Shown here piece after piece: positions 9,501 through 17,666 of a stretch of 64,000 nt of DNA. Source of the stretch: Syntrophomonadaceae bacterium (GTDB lineage: Bacteria; Bacillota; Syntrophomonadia; Syntrophomonadales; DTU052); contig JAAYDA010000046.1 of NCBI GenBank assembly GCA_012729505.1, forward strand, positions 15,384 through 79,383, written 5' to 3'. Position numbers and translations under genes: made by a program. How positions within the stretch are numbered: the first letter of the stretch is position 1; each line of letters begins with the position of its first letter. The notes beneath the pieces are model-generated. The model worked only from the letters and a program-made list of their open reading frames with translations, was not told where the DNA came from and made no database searches.

Positions 9501-10053
9501 GCTTGATACTGAAGTATACTCCAATACCGGAGGTCAATCCTCCAAATCAACGCCCACCGGAGCAGTAGCTCAGTTTGCAGCTTCGGGTAAAGAAACCAAG
9601 AAGAAGGATCTGGGGATGATGATCATGAGTTATGGCTATGTTTATGTGGCCCAGGTAGCCATGGGTGCAAGCCAGACCCAGCTCATCAAAGCCATGACCG
9701 AGGCGGAAAGCTATCCGGGACCGTCATTGATAATAGCCTATGCTCCCTGTATCAATCATGGGCTGAAAATGGGAATGGGACGCTCCCAGCTGGAACAGAA
9801 AAGGGCGGTGGAAGCCGGCTACTGGCATCTTTATCGGTACAATCCACTGCTTAAAGACGAAGGCAAAAACCCGTTTATTCTGGATTCAAAAGAGCCTACT
9901 GCTTCGTATCGCGATTTTATCATGGGAGAGTCCAGGTATTCATCACTTATTAATACCTTCCCTCAGCGGGCGGAGACACTATTCACCAGAGCGGAAAAGA
10001 GTGCCCGTGAAAGATATGAATCCTACAGAAGAATGGCTGACTGGCAAGGTTAA
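6523..10053 (+). CDS. nifJ: Pyruvate:ferredoxin (flavodoxin) oxidoreductase, single-polypeptide PFOR
   Basis: About 1176 aa from ATG 6523 (GGAGGAG SD). Two 4Fe-4S ferredoxin motifs (CIQCNQCSYVCP, CTGCASCLEVCP) and a TPP-binding GDGW motif. The upstream ORF extension to 6466 was rejected. Confidence 0.95.
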   Translation: MGRELKTMDGNTAAAHVAYAFTEVAAIYPITPSSPMAESIDEWSANGRKNIFGQQVNVAELQSEAGAAGTLHGSLAAGALTTTFTASQGLLLMIPNMYKISGELLPGVMHVTARALATHALSIFGDQSDVMACRQTGFALLASGSVQEVMDLAGVAHLSAIKGRVPFMHFFDGFRTSHELQKIEVLDYDELAKLVDFDAIRRFRKNALNPEHPVTRGTNQNPDIFFQAREAANVYYDAIPGIVEGYMNEISKLTGRKYGLFNYYGAEDADRVIIAMGSACESAEEVVDYLNNRGEKVGVVKVRLYRPFSVKHFLAALPSTVKKIAVLDRSKDLGGLGEPLYQDVRTAFFENGTRPVIVGGRYGLGSKDTTPAQLMAVFDNLKLEVPKNNFTIGIVDDVTHLSLPVEKEIDTAPEGTISCKFWGLGSDGTVGANKNSIKIIGDNTDQYAQAYFAYDSKKSGGVTVSHLRFGKKPIRSTYLINKADFVACHHSSYLTKYDMVSDLKDNGIFLINCGYSAEELSEVLPADMKRIIARRNIDVYTIDAVSIGAEIGLGSRVNMIMQAAFFKLANIIPLEDAVQHMKDAVYDTYGKKGENIINMNLLAIEKGIDALHKVEVPASWADAADTPKEEAKAPDFIINVMEPINRQEGDKLPVSTFIGREDGTFPVGTASYEKRGIAIDVPVWIMDNCIQCNQCSYVCPHAAIRPFLLNEEEIKNAPTGFVSKKAIGKDLAGFNYRIQLTPLDCTGCASCLEVCPSKEKSLMMMPLQSQMGEIENWEYAIKLEPKDNVTNKNTVKGSQFQVPLFEFSGACAGCGETPYLKLVTQLYGDRMMAANATGCTSIYSASAPSMPYTTNNKGHGPAWSNSLFEDSAEFGFGMYLGVKQIRNKLADLCRELLQADVPADLKEALDTWLEKMLDGEGSKAASAKLAAALEGYKAADEKLDSIVKQILDKEEFLIKKSQWIYGGDGWGYDIGFGGLDHVLASHEDVNILLLDTEVYSNTGGQSSKSTPTGAVAQFAASGKETKKKDLGMMIMSYGYVYVAQVAMGASQTQLIKAMTEAESYPGPSLIIAYAPCINHGLKMGMGRSQLEQKRAVEAGYWHLYRYNPLLKDEGKNPFILDSKEPTASYRDFIMGESRYSSLINTFPQRAETLFTRAEKSARERYESYRRMADWQG

Positions 10054-10108
10054 ACAGGTAAAGGCTGGTCGTAAAAGACGGTCTCTAAATAGCATGGCTT
10101 ATACAAAA

Positions 10109-10142
10109 GCCCCGAGGGCGAAATAATATCCTCGGGGCTTTT
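10109..10142 (+). terminator. Rho-independent terminator of nifJ
   Basis: GCCCCGAGG-N12-CCTCGGGGC followed by TTTT. Confidence 0.8.
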
Positions 10143-10310
10143 AGTGTGGCTGAAAGCCGAAATAATAAGCAAATACTATGTTCAAGGGCACTCAGCTCAA
10201 AACTTAATAACCAAAAGTAATTAGACATATTACTTATAACTGGCTAAGCTATAGGTGTCTGGAAAAGTATAATTAGCGGCAGAAGGTACAGGCAGCAGCA
10301 GTCAGGCGAT

Positions 10311-11483
10311 ATGGTAAAACAGGAAGAAGGCAATACTTTGGATATTTTGTATATGGACAATGCGGCCACCTCATATCCTAAGCCTGAGAGCGTATATGTG
10401 GCCATAGATAATTTTAACCGTAATATGGGAGGAAACCCCGGCCGGGGCAGCAGCAGACAGGCCCTTACCTCCGGCTCAATTCTGGCAGAGGCCCGGGAGG
10501 CCTTAGCCGCCCTTTTTAATGTTGATGACGGAAGGTGCATTTCGTTCGGGCCCAATGTTACCGAAGCACTCAATATTGGGCTTAAAGGGGTGCTGAACCC
10601 TGGTGATCATGTAATAACAACCAGTATGGAACATAATGCAGTGGCCCGGCCCCTGACTGCCTTATCCCGCCAGGGCATTCAATGGACCCGGGTACGATGT
10701 GATTCTGCCGGTCGGTTAGATCTGGAGGATATGAGGAAGGCGATTCAGACCAATACCCGTATGATCTGTACTCTGCATGCCTCCAATTTGACGGGAACGA
10801 TTATGCCCATCAAGGAAATCGGCGCTCTGGCCCGGGAACACGGGTTAATTTTTATGCTTGACAGCGCCCAGAGTGCAGGGGGATTGCCTCTGGATGTCAA
10901 GGAGCAGAATATTGATATCTTAGCTTTTACGGGACACAAGGGGCTGCTGGGGCCTCAGGGGATAGGGGGCATTTATGTGCGTCCCGGTGTGGCGGTACGG
11001 CCTCTTAAGGAAGGGGGAACCGGCTCTTTATCCGAAGAACTGACGCATCCTGAGTTTATGCCTGATCTTTTGGAATGTGGGACCCCCAATACCCCGGGAG
11101 CAGCAGGACTCCTGGCAGGAGTTGAATTCATTAATGAAGTGGGTTTGGACAATGTTTGCCGGCGGGAAAAAGAATTGACTGCTGATCTTATCACCGGTCT
11201 CCGGGAAATTAAAGAGGTAAGATTGTACGGCCCCCTGAATCCTGCCGAACAGACGGCGGTGATATCTTTTAATATCGAGGATATGGACTGTGGTGATGTA
11301 AGCTTACGTCTGGATTACGAGTATGGAATAGTGACCAGGTCGGGGCTTCATTGCGCACCTCTGGCACACTCCACGGCAGGCAGCCTGACCAGAGGCTCTT
11401 GTCGCTTAAGCCCGGGTTACTTTACCTCCCGGGAGGACATAAAAAAAGTAGTTGAAGCGGTATACAAGATAGCCCGAACATAA
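10311..11483 (+). CDS. Class-V aminotransferase / cysteine desulfurase family protein
   Basis: 390 aa with MDNAATSYPKP, a TGHKGLLGP PLP-lysine region, and SGLHCAP near the C-terminus. The start could instead be ATG 10353. Confidence 0.85.
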   Translation: MVKQEEGNTLDILYMDNAATSYPKPESVYVAIDNFNRNMGGNPGRGSSRQALTSGSILAEAREALAALFNVDDGRCISFGPNVTEALNIGLKGVLNPGDHVITTSMEHNAVARPLTALSRQGIQWTRVRCDSAGRLDLEDMRKAIQTNTRMICTLHASNLTGTIMPIKEIGALAREHGLIFMLDSAQSAGGLPLDVKEQNIDILAFTGHKGLLGPQGIGGIYVRPGVAVRPLKEGGTGSLSEELTHPEFMPDLLECGTPNTPGAAGLLAGVEFINEVGLDNVCRREKELTADLITGLREIKEVRLYGPLNPAEQTAVISFNIEDMDCGDVSLRLDYEYGIVTRSGLHCAPLAHSTAGSLTRGSCRLSPGYFTSREDIKKVVEAVYKIART

Positions 11484-11580
11484 AAGCGGGAATCGCAAGG
11501 GGCCGGGTAAAGGCTCCTTTCGATTGTTGACAAAGTCCACAATCCAGCAACGCAGAGATTCGCTTTTGTCGTCGGTCTGA

Positions 11581-11610
11581 GGAGCCTTGAACAGGCTCCA
11601 TTTATTTTTT
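11581..11610 (+). terminator. Rho-independent terminator
   Basis: GGAGCC-ttgaaca-GGCTCC followed by ATTTATTTTTT. Confidence 0.75.
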
Positions 11611-11882
11611 GGGCCCTAAAAGGGCATAGATAATTCAAAAGCCGGGGTCCATTCGACAAATAAAAGTACTTGTTGGAAATAATAAGCTTCATAAGGTAAC
11701 ATGAAATTAAGGAGAAGCGAATTCCAATATCGAAAAGCTAACCAGCCGATGACAGGAAGGGATATTGGCGTTGGAAGGAAAGTCTGCCTCGTCATCAGCC
11801 TGGGCAGAATGCCGGTCCCGGGAAAATATCGAAACAAATCTTAATTTCCAGTAATGGAACATGAAAAAGAGGGGGAATTTTA

Positions 11883-13208
11883 ATGGAGACAAGATGGCAG
11901 CAAATTTACAAAAGTAAAATTCGGACACCGGAAGAAGCGGCAGCTCAAATTAAAGATGGTGATGGAATAGGCTTTTCCCTGGCCAACGGACAGCCGGTAG
12001 CTTTCTCCAATGCTCTGGGAAAAAGGATACTGGCGGGAGAATTAAAAGATGTTATGGTATTTGCCGGATTGGGCCTGGCCCCCACCATGTTGAACCATCC
12101 GGATGCAGCGGACAAATTTCTTTTCGACTGCCCTTATCTGGGGCCGGTTGAGCGGCATTTTTCCAAACAGGGACTATATACTTACACTCCCGTCAAACTA
12201 GGTGACGCCGACCTGATTGCCCGCAGGAACCTGCGGCCCGGGCAGGTAATGGCTATGACCGTGTCACCCATGGATAGAAACGGTTTTTTTAGCTGTGGAA
12301 TCAATGTTGATTACGGTTATGGTTTAGCCAGAGAACATCCTGGGCTGGAGTGCCTTATTTTGGAGGTTAATGAGCACATGCCCAGGACTCATGGGGTTAA
12401 CCTTTTTCATGTCAGCGAAGTCGATATTATTATCGAGCATAATTCGCCGCTGAAGACTCTTCCGCCTATACCCATAACCCCTGAAGATGAGATGATTGCC
12501 CATCATATAGTTGAGTATATCCCGGACGGCGCCTGTTTGCAGTTAGGGATTGGAGGGATTCCCAATGCGGTAGGGGAATTCCTGAAGGACAAAAAGGATC
12601 TGGGTGTTCATACGGAGATGATTACCGACAGCATGCTAGAATTATGGGAGTGTGGAGCATTGACTTGCCGCCGGAAGAATTATATCCCGCATAAATGGGT
12701 ATCGTCCTTTGCTCTCGGCTCTCAGAAGCTATATGATTTCTGTCATGACAATCCCATGATAGACTTTTACAGTGTTGGTTTTGTAAACCGGGCCTCCATA
12801 ATTGGCAAGAATGATCGCATGGTATCAGTGAATGCCACTCTGGAGGTTGATCTGACCGGGCAATGTGCCTCTGAGTCTATAGGGTCCGTCCAGTATACTG
12901 GAACCGGGGGGCAATTAGATTTTGTTCAGGGTGCCTGGTTGTCCCGGGGGGGCAAATCTTTTATCGCTCTGCACTCAACCTTTACCGACAAAGCCGGAGT
13001 TAAGCATTCCAAGATCGTGCCCATGCTGGCCCAAGGAACCTTTGTCACTACACCCAGGACCGAAGTTGATTGGATAGTTACAGAGTACGGAGCAGTACAG
13101 CTCAAAGGCCGGAATGTCAGACAGCGTACCGAAATGCTGATTTCCATTGCCCATCCGGATTTTCGTGATGAACTCAGATCGCAGGCTAAAAAAATGCTGT
13201 TAATTTAA
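11883..13208 (+). CDS. Acetyl-CoA hydrolase/transferase family protein (4-hydroxybutyrate/butyryl-CoA:acetate CoA-transferase-like)
   Basis: 441 aa with family motifs (GTGGQLDFVQGA). SD is AGAGGGGG. Confidence 0.85.
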   Translation: METRWQQIYKSKIRTPEEAAAQIKDGDGIGFSLANGQPVAFSNALGKRILAGELKDVMVFAGLGLAPTMLNHPDAADKFLFDCPYLGPVERHFSKQGLYTYTPVKLGDADLIARRNLRPGQVMAMTVSPMDRNGFFSCGINVDYGYGLAREHPGLECLILEVNEHMPRTHGVNLFHVSEVDIIIEHNSPLKTLPPIPITPEDEMIAHHIVEYIPDGACLQLGIGGIPNAVGEFLKDKKDLGVHTEMITDSMLELWECGALTCRRKNYIPHKWVSSFALGSQKLYDFCHDNPMIDFYSVGFVNRASIIGKNDRMVSVNATLEVDLTGQCASESIGSVQYTGTGGQLDFVQGAWLSRGGKSFIALHSTFTDKAGVKHSKIVPMLAQGTFVTTPRTEVDWIVTEYGAVQLKGRNVRQRTEMLISIAHPDFRDELRSQAKKMLLI

Positions 13209-13222
13209 TAAAGGTCCATTGG

Positions 13223-13271
13223 AACAGGGTGTTGTCGGATTTTTACATCGTCAGACGATACCCTGTTTCTT
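13223..13271. terminator. Stem-loop between convergent genes (possible bidirectional terminator)
   Basis: AACAGGGT ... ACCCTGTT arms followed by TCTT. Lies between the CoA-transferase (+) and the GntR gene (-). Confidence 0.4.
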
Positions 13272-13286
13272 ATGCATATAATAATA

Positions 13287-13988
13287 TTACGTAGTCAGGC
13301 CGCGTTCCACATGTTCAAGGTGCTTCAGCATTCCTTCTCGTGCCGCAGCCGAATCACAATTCAGAATTGCGTCCAGAATTATTTGATGCTCACCCAAAAT
13401 GCGATCGGCTGTCTTGGGGTCAGAGTACATTTCATTGCGATTGACCAGAAAGGTCTGATGCATCATATTATCCAGGGTCTTGATAATCCTGCGCAGCAAT
13501 GGATTGTGAGCAGCGTCAGCGATAGCGAAGTGGAAGTACAAATCAAATTCCACCCCTTGCTGGGAACGGTCGGCGACGGCTTTCATATCATTGAGGACCT
13601 CTACCATCTTCAGGCGATCCTGTTCTGTTGCCCTTTCAGCTGCCAGGGCTGCTGCTTCAACTTCCAAAATGCGGCGCACTTCCATAAGCTGTGCCAAAGG
13701 GTTGCGCTCCATGGAGAGAATCGCCGCTAATGGCTCTATGGTTTCGTTATTTATGGATTTGCTTACAAAGGTGCCTTCACCCGCTCGAACCACCAGAAAT
13801 CCCATGGCCTGCAGGACAACCACCGCTTCTCTTACCGAGGCCCGGCTGACTCCCAGCATTTGGGCCATGTCCCGCTCCGAGGGCAGCTTGTCTCCGGGAC
13901 TATAGGTCCCGGTGCTAATCAACTCCCGCAGCTGATCAATGATTTCCTCATAAACCTTTCTGGTTTTGATAGGAGTAAACTCAGGCAT
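13287..13988 (-). CDS. GntR/FadR-family transcriptional regulator (wHTH + FCD domain)
   Basis: 233 aa with the pattern PGDKLPSERDMAQMLGVSRASVREAV, typical of the GntR HTH. Confidence 0.9.
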   Translation of the reverse strand: MPEFTPIKTRKVYEEIIDQLRELISTGTYSPGDKLPSERDMAQMLGVSRASVREAVVVLQAMGFLVVRAGEGTFVSKSINNETIEPLAAILSMERNPLAQLMEVRRILEVEAAALAAERATEQDRLKMVEVLNDMKAVADRSQQGVEFDLYFHFAIADAAHNPLLRRIIKTLDNMMHQTFLVNRNEMYSDPKTADRILGEHQIILDAILNCDSAAAREGMLKHLEHVERGLTT

Positions 13989-14200
13989 ATAACCCTCCTT
14001 AAAACAGATCTGGCGCTAACCGGAATCCAATGGTCAGACCACAGCTCAGGTATTTACTATTTTAAAATAACTTCTCAAATAATCATACCTGAAAAGCCGG
14101 AATCAAAGTCTTTGACGGTTGATTTAATAAGTTTAGCACAAGTGCTGCCGGGCAATAATCTGGAACACCACAAAGACTAAATCCAGGGGAGGATTAAGAA

Positions 14201-14758
14201 TTGATTAAGTTCCATCCGATTATGGCAGGACTCATCTTAATAGGATTACTGCTGGGACTTCACCAGTATCAGATTTCCCATAACCCGTGTTATGGAGTTC
14301 TCAGGCTTCATGTAATCGCCAATAGCGATAACCTTTCGGACCAGGCAGTCAAAATGAAGGTGCGGGATGCGGTTATCAGCTTGATGAACAGTGAATTCGC
14401 TTATGTCGATGACGGAGCAGAAGCCCGCCGCATTGCCGGAGAAAACCTAGAGGAAATCGAAAAGGCAGCTGAAAGAATCTTAGCGGTTTACGGCTGCGAT
14501 TATCCGGTCCGGGCCACTCTGGGTCCGTATACTTTTCCCACTCGATTCTACGGTAAAGAAATATTTCCTGCCGGAGAGTATACCGCGGTCAGGGTAGTGC
14601 TGGGAGAAGGTCAGGGAAAGAACTGGTGGTGTGTGTTGTTCCCCCCCTTGTGTCTCGAAGATTTGGAAAAGGGAAAGAGTATGTATTCCCAGGGAGCTGA
14701 AATCAGGTTCAAGCTCTTAGATGTTATCAAGGGCTACTCTCTGGCGGGGAAATCATAA
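14201..14758 (+). CDS. spoIIR: Stage II sporulation protein R
   Basis: 185 aa with an N-terminal TM helix, then the LRLHVIANSD...VKMKVRDAV signature of SpoIIR. TTG start with a GGGGAGG SD. Confidence 0.9.
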   Translation: MIKFHPIMAGLILIGLLLGLHQYQISHNPCYGVLRLHVIANSDNLSDQAVKMKVRDAVISLMNSEFAYVDDGAEARRIAGENLEEIEKAAERILAVYGCDYPVRATLGPYTFPTRFYGKEIFPAGEYTAVRVVLGEGQGKNWWCVLFPPLCLEDLEKGKSMYSQGAEIRFKLLDVIKGYSLAGKS

Positions 14759-14769
14759 TCAGAGGAAAA

Positions 14770-14805
14770 CTGATCCGAAGACTGTCTTTGGATCAGTTTT
14801 TTTTT
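14770..14805 (+). terminator. Rho-independent terminator of spoIIR
   Basis: CTGATCC-N13-GGATCAG followed by a T9 run. Confidence 0.85.
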
Positions 14806-14977
14806 CGGGGAGTAGCTGCCCGGCAGGTGATGGGGGAGGAGTAGCGGCAATGCAGGATTGTTCAAGGTTCAGATTGGATGAGCAATTCAGCGAGCTATCT
14901 GCGTTGGGTACAGAGGGATGTTTCATTTTCTTTTGAAGTGATATATATTGAGATAAAATGTGACGGGGAATTAAGGC

Positions 14978-15847
14978 ATGAGGCGGATTACTGTTGAAGC
15001 TCCGGCCAAGATCAATCTTACCCTTGACGTAGTGGGCAGACGGAAGGATGGTTACCATGATATTGAGACGGTGATGCATCAGATTGATCTTTGTGATTAT
15101 GTAACGGTGGAATTGATACCTGAGACTTTAGAAGTCCGGACTAATAATCCTGATTTGCCGGGGGGACCGGGCAACCTGGCCTTTAAAGCGGCCCAGGTGA
15201 TGAAGGAACATCTTGGCATTAAAACAGGATTTCGAATATCTATAGAGAAGAATATACCTTTGAGTTCCGGGCTGGCAGGGGGCAGTACTGATGCGGCTGC
15301 GGTTATGAAAGCGATCAAGTTCCTGTTGGGGCTGGAAATCGATGGAAGGCATTTGAATGAACTGGGGTCGAGGGTGGGCTCAGATGTTGTCTTTTGCCTG
15401 GAAGGAGCTACTGCAATAGCCAGGGGGAGAGGGGAGCTATTGACCCCTGTTATATGTCGGAACGGGTTGGAGCTGGTGTTGATTAATTCCGGGTTTCCAG
15501 TATCTACAGCCCAAATTTTTGACCTTATTGATGGGGAAAAGCTTACTGATCGACCTGATTCAGCGCAGATGGCCCGGGCTTTAGAGGAGGGCAATCTGGA
15601 TAAAATTGTTCTGGCCCTGGGAAATGTGATGGAGCAGGTAACTATTAAACTATATCCGGAATTGCAGAAGCTTAAAGATGATCTTATTAAACAGGGGGCA
15701 AGGGGAGTTATGATGTCCGGGAGTGGACCTACCGTGTTTGGAATCTTTTCCGGGGCCGAAAGTGCCGACCAGGCTTTTGGACGGATGTTAAGCATTTATC
15801 CGGGGACCTTCAGGGCTTCATCTTACCGAGGAAGCGGGGTTGTATAA
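14978..15847 (+). CDS. ispE: 4-diphosphocytidyl-2-C-methyl-D-erythritol kinase
   Basis: 289 aa, a GHMP kinase with APAKINLTLDV and PLSSGLAGGSTDAAA. Confidence 0.95.
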   Translation: MRRITVEAPAKINLTLDVVGRRKDGYHDIETVMHQIDLCDYVTVELIPETLEVRTNNPDLPGGPGNLAFKAAQVMKEHLGIKTGFRISIEKNIPLSSGLAGGSTDAAAVMKAIKFLLGLEIDGRHLNELGSRVGSDVVFCLEGATAIARGRGELLTPVICRNGLELVLINSGFPVSTAQIFDLIDGEKLTDRPDSAQMARALEEGNLDKIVLALGNVMEQVTIKLYPELQKLKDDLIKQGARGVMMSGSGPTVFGIFSGAESADQAFGRMLSIYPGTFRASSYRGSGVV

Positions 15848-16567
15848 ATGGAAAAGCGATTGATGCCGGTCAACCTTGAAAACCATCGTCCTCTGCGGGA
15901 ATTAGTGTTTGATGCACTAAAAGATGCTATAGTGAGAGGTGCATTGAAGCCGGGCGATCGTTTGATGGAGGTTCAACTTGCCGAAGAGCTGGGAGTGTCC
16001 CGCACGCCGGTGCGCGAAGCTATCAGAAAACTGGAATTAGAAGATCTTGCGGTTATGATTCCGCGGAAAGGTGCCTATGTCTCCAGTATGTCGCTGAAAG
16101 ATATTGCGGATTTATTTGAGATAAGGGTGGCTCTGGAGGTTTTGGCAGCCGGGTTGGCTGCGGAGCGGATAACTCATGAGGAACTGGAAGATTTGGAAAG
16201 AATTCTGGTCATGAAAAGCGAAAGCATTGAAGAGACTGATTTTGATCGTCTGATTGAAATAGATGTTAAATTTCATGATGGACTTTACAAAGCCAGCCGC
16301 AATGAAAAGCTGGCTCAGATAATAAATAATCTGCATGAGCAGATTTATCGTTTCCGGCGAACTTCTCTGGCATCTCCGGGCCGGATGAAGGAAGCCCTGG
16401 AGGAACATCGCAAAATTGTGGAAGCTATTTCACAGCGCAATATAGTACTGGCCCAGGCCCTGGCTCAGGAACATATAGAAAACGCCGAGAACAGTCTTTT
16501 TGATACGATGCAAAATACAGGAGCAATAGCGATGTATTCGCAGGAGGAAGTAAATGAAGAAGTATGA
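15848..16567 (+). CDS. GntR-family transcriptional regulator (FCD domain)
   Basis: 239 aa with the pattern PGDRLMEVQLAEELGVSRTPVREA. Abuts the ispE stop. Confidence 0.9.
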   Translation: MEKRLMPVNLENHRPLRELVFDALKDAIVRGALKPGDRLMEVQLAEELGVSRTPVREAIRKLELEDLAVMIPRKGAYVSSMSLKDIADLFEIRVALEVLAAGLAAERITHEELEDLERILVMKSESIEETDFDRLIEIDVKFHDGLYKASRNEKLAQIINNLHEQIYRFRRTSLASPGRMKEALEEHRKIVEAISQRNIVLAQALAQEHIENAENSLFDTMQNTGAIAMYSQEEVNEEV

Positions 16568-17318
16568 TGCCGTAATATTAGCGGGAGGAATTAATTCGGG
16601 CGAATTAAGGAAATTTGCTCCCTTTGAAAACGAGGCTCTCATTATAATCGGCAGCTCACCCATGATTTGCTACATTCAAAAGGCCCTTAAGAAAACCAGT
16701 TGTGTGGGAAATATTATAATAAGCTGCCCGGGAGATTCTGTGCGGCAAATATTCAGCGAAGATGATAAGCTTATATTTGTGAATTCCGGCGAGGATGCAA
16801 TGGAGAGCTTCGCCAATGCAGTACCCTTTATCAAATCGGATAAAGTTTTGGTCTTGCCGGCTGACATTCCTTTTATTACTCAGGAGGCTATTGAGGATTT
16901 TGTGAACAGATGTGAAGAGTATGAAGCAGATGTCTATTATCCTCTGGTGTCCCGGGAGGTTAATGAAGCTCGTTTTCCCGGGGTCAGGCGTACCTATGTA
17001 AGGCTGAAACAGGGGGTTTTCACCGGGGGAAACCTTTTCCTGGTCAAAACAGAGGCGGTTATCAAGGCCCTGGACATGGGCAAAAAACTAGTGGCAAATC
17101 GCAAACATCCTCTGGCAATAGTTCGGTTATTTGGAGCTGACCTGGTGTTTAAATACATTACCGGTCAGCTCTCCATTCCGGATATCGAGAAAAGATTTGA
17201 AGATGTATTGGGGATTAAAGGGAAGGCAATTATTTCTCAATATGCCGAAGTCGGCGTTGATGTGGATAAACCCAGTGACCTTAAGCTGGCCGAAAAAGTG
17301 CTGGGTCAAGGGATATAA
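16554..17318 (+). CDS. MobA-like nucleotidyltransferase family protein
   Basis: 254 aa with an N-terminal AVILAGG motif of the NTP_transf_3 type. Overlaps the GntR gene by 14 nt. Confidence 0.75.
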   Translation: MKKYDAVILAGGINSGELRKFAPFENEALIIIGSSPMICYIQKALKKTSCVGNIIISCPGDSVRQIFSEDDKLIFVNSGEDAMESFANAVPFIKSDKVLVLPADIPFITQEAIEDFVNRCEEYEADVYYPLVSREVNEARFPGVRRTYVRLKQGVFTGGNLFLVKTEAVIKALDMGKKLVANRKHPLAIVRLFGADLVFKYITGQLSIPDIEKRFEDVLGIKGKAIISQYAEVGVDVDKPSDLKLAEKVLGQGI

Positions 17319-17452
17319 GCTTTGGGAAGAAGCCCTCAAAATATTACCGGGAGTCCGGGAGCAAGTGGAATTAACCCCGTGTTCGGGAAGCCAAATCTTG
17401 CCTCCCGCCGGTCCTGTTTTTCTGATCATTGACAATGATATGAAAAGAGGCC

Positions 17453-17481
17453 TTGGGAGACTAGGAAGATAATTGTATAAT
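17453..17481 (+). promoter_or_regulatory. SigA-type promoter (TTGGGA-17-TATAAT) driving the glmU leader
   Basis: TTGGGA at 17453-17458, a 17-nt spacer, TATAAT at 17476-17481. The predicted TSS is about 20 nt before the conserved element. Confidence 0.55.
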
Positions 17482-17507
17482 ATGTTGTAGACTATAAGAA
17501 AATTTTA

Positions 17508-17639
17508 TCCGATGACTAATCTGCCCTAAGACCTCCGCCTCTATTGGCGGCGGGCGCCTAAGGGCAGTTAAGTCCCTGGATCCGTGCGACTAAGATTCAG
17601 ATGGAGACAAATCTCCACCTGAATCAAGTCTTACTTTAT
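17508..17639 (+). ncRNA. Conserved ~131-nt two-hairpin element, copy 2 (candidate glmU leader / attenuator)
   Basis: Lies between the promoter and the glmU TTG (27 nt downstream). Hairpin I: ATCC..GACT..CTGCCCT..CCGCC-loop-GGCGG..AGGGCAG..AGTC..GGAT. Hairpin II: GACTAAGATTCAGATGGAG / CTCCACCTGAATCAAGTC, then TTACTTTATT. Confidence 0.65.
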
Positions 17640-17666
17640 TAAAAAGTATCCAAGGAAGTGAATTAA

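Noticed and set aside
15097-15795. 232-aa minus-strand ORF
   Set aside because: It is an antisense shadow of ispE, with no recognisable motifs.
17508-17639. Possibility that the 131-nt element is a known riboswitch or ribozyme (glmS ribozyme, TPP, c-di-AMP/ydaO, fluoride, THF, T-box)
   Set aside because: None of the conserved cores I remember for these classes is present: no glmS core, no CTGAGA with ACCTGATCTGGATAATGCCAGCG-type TPP boxes, no ACGGGGA/CCCA of ydaO, and no T-box sequence. This check was from memory only, so a cmsearch is still needed.
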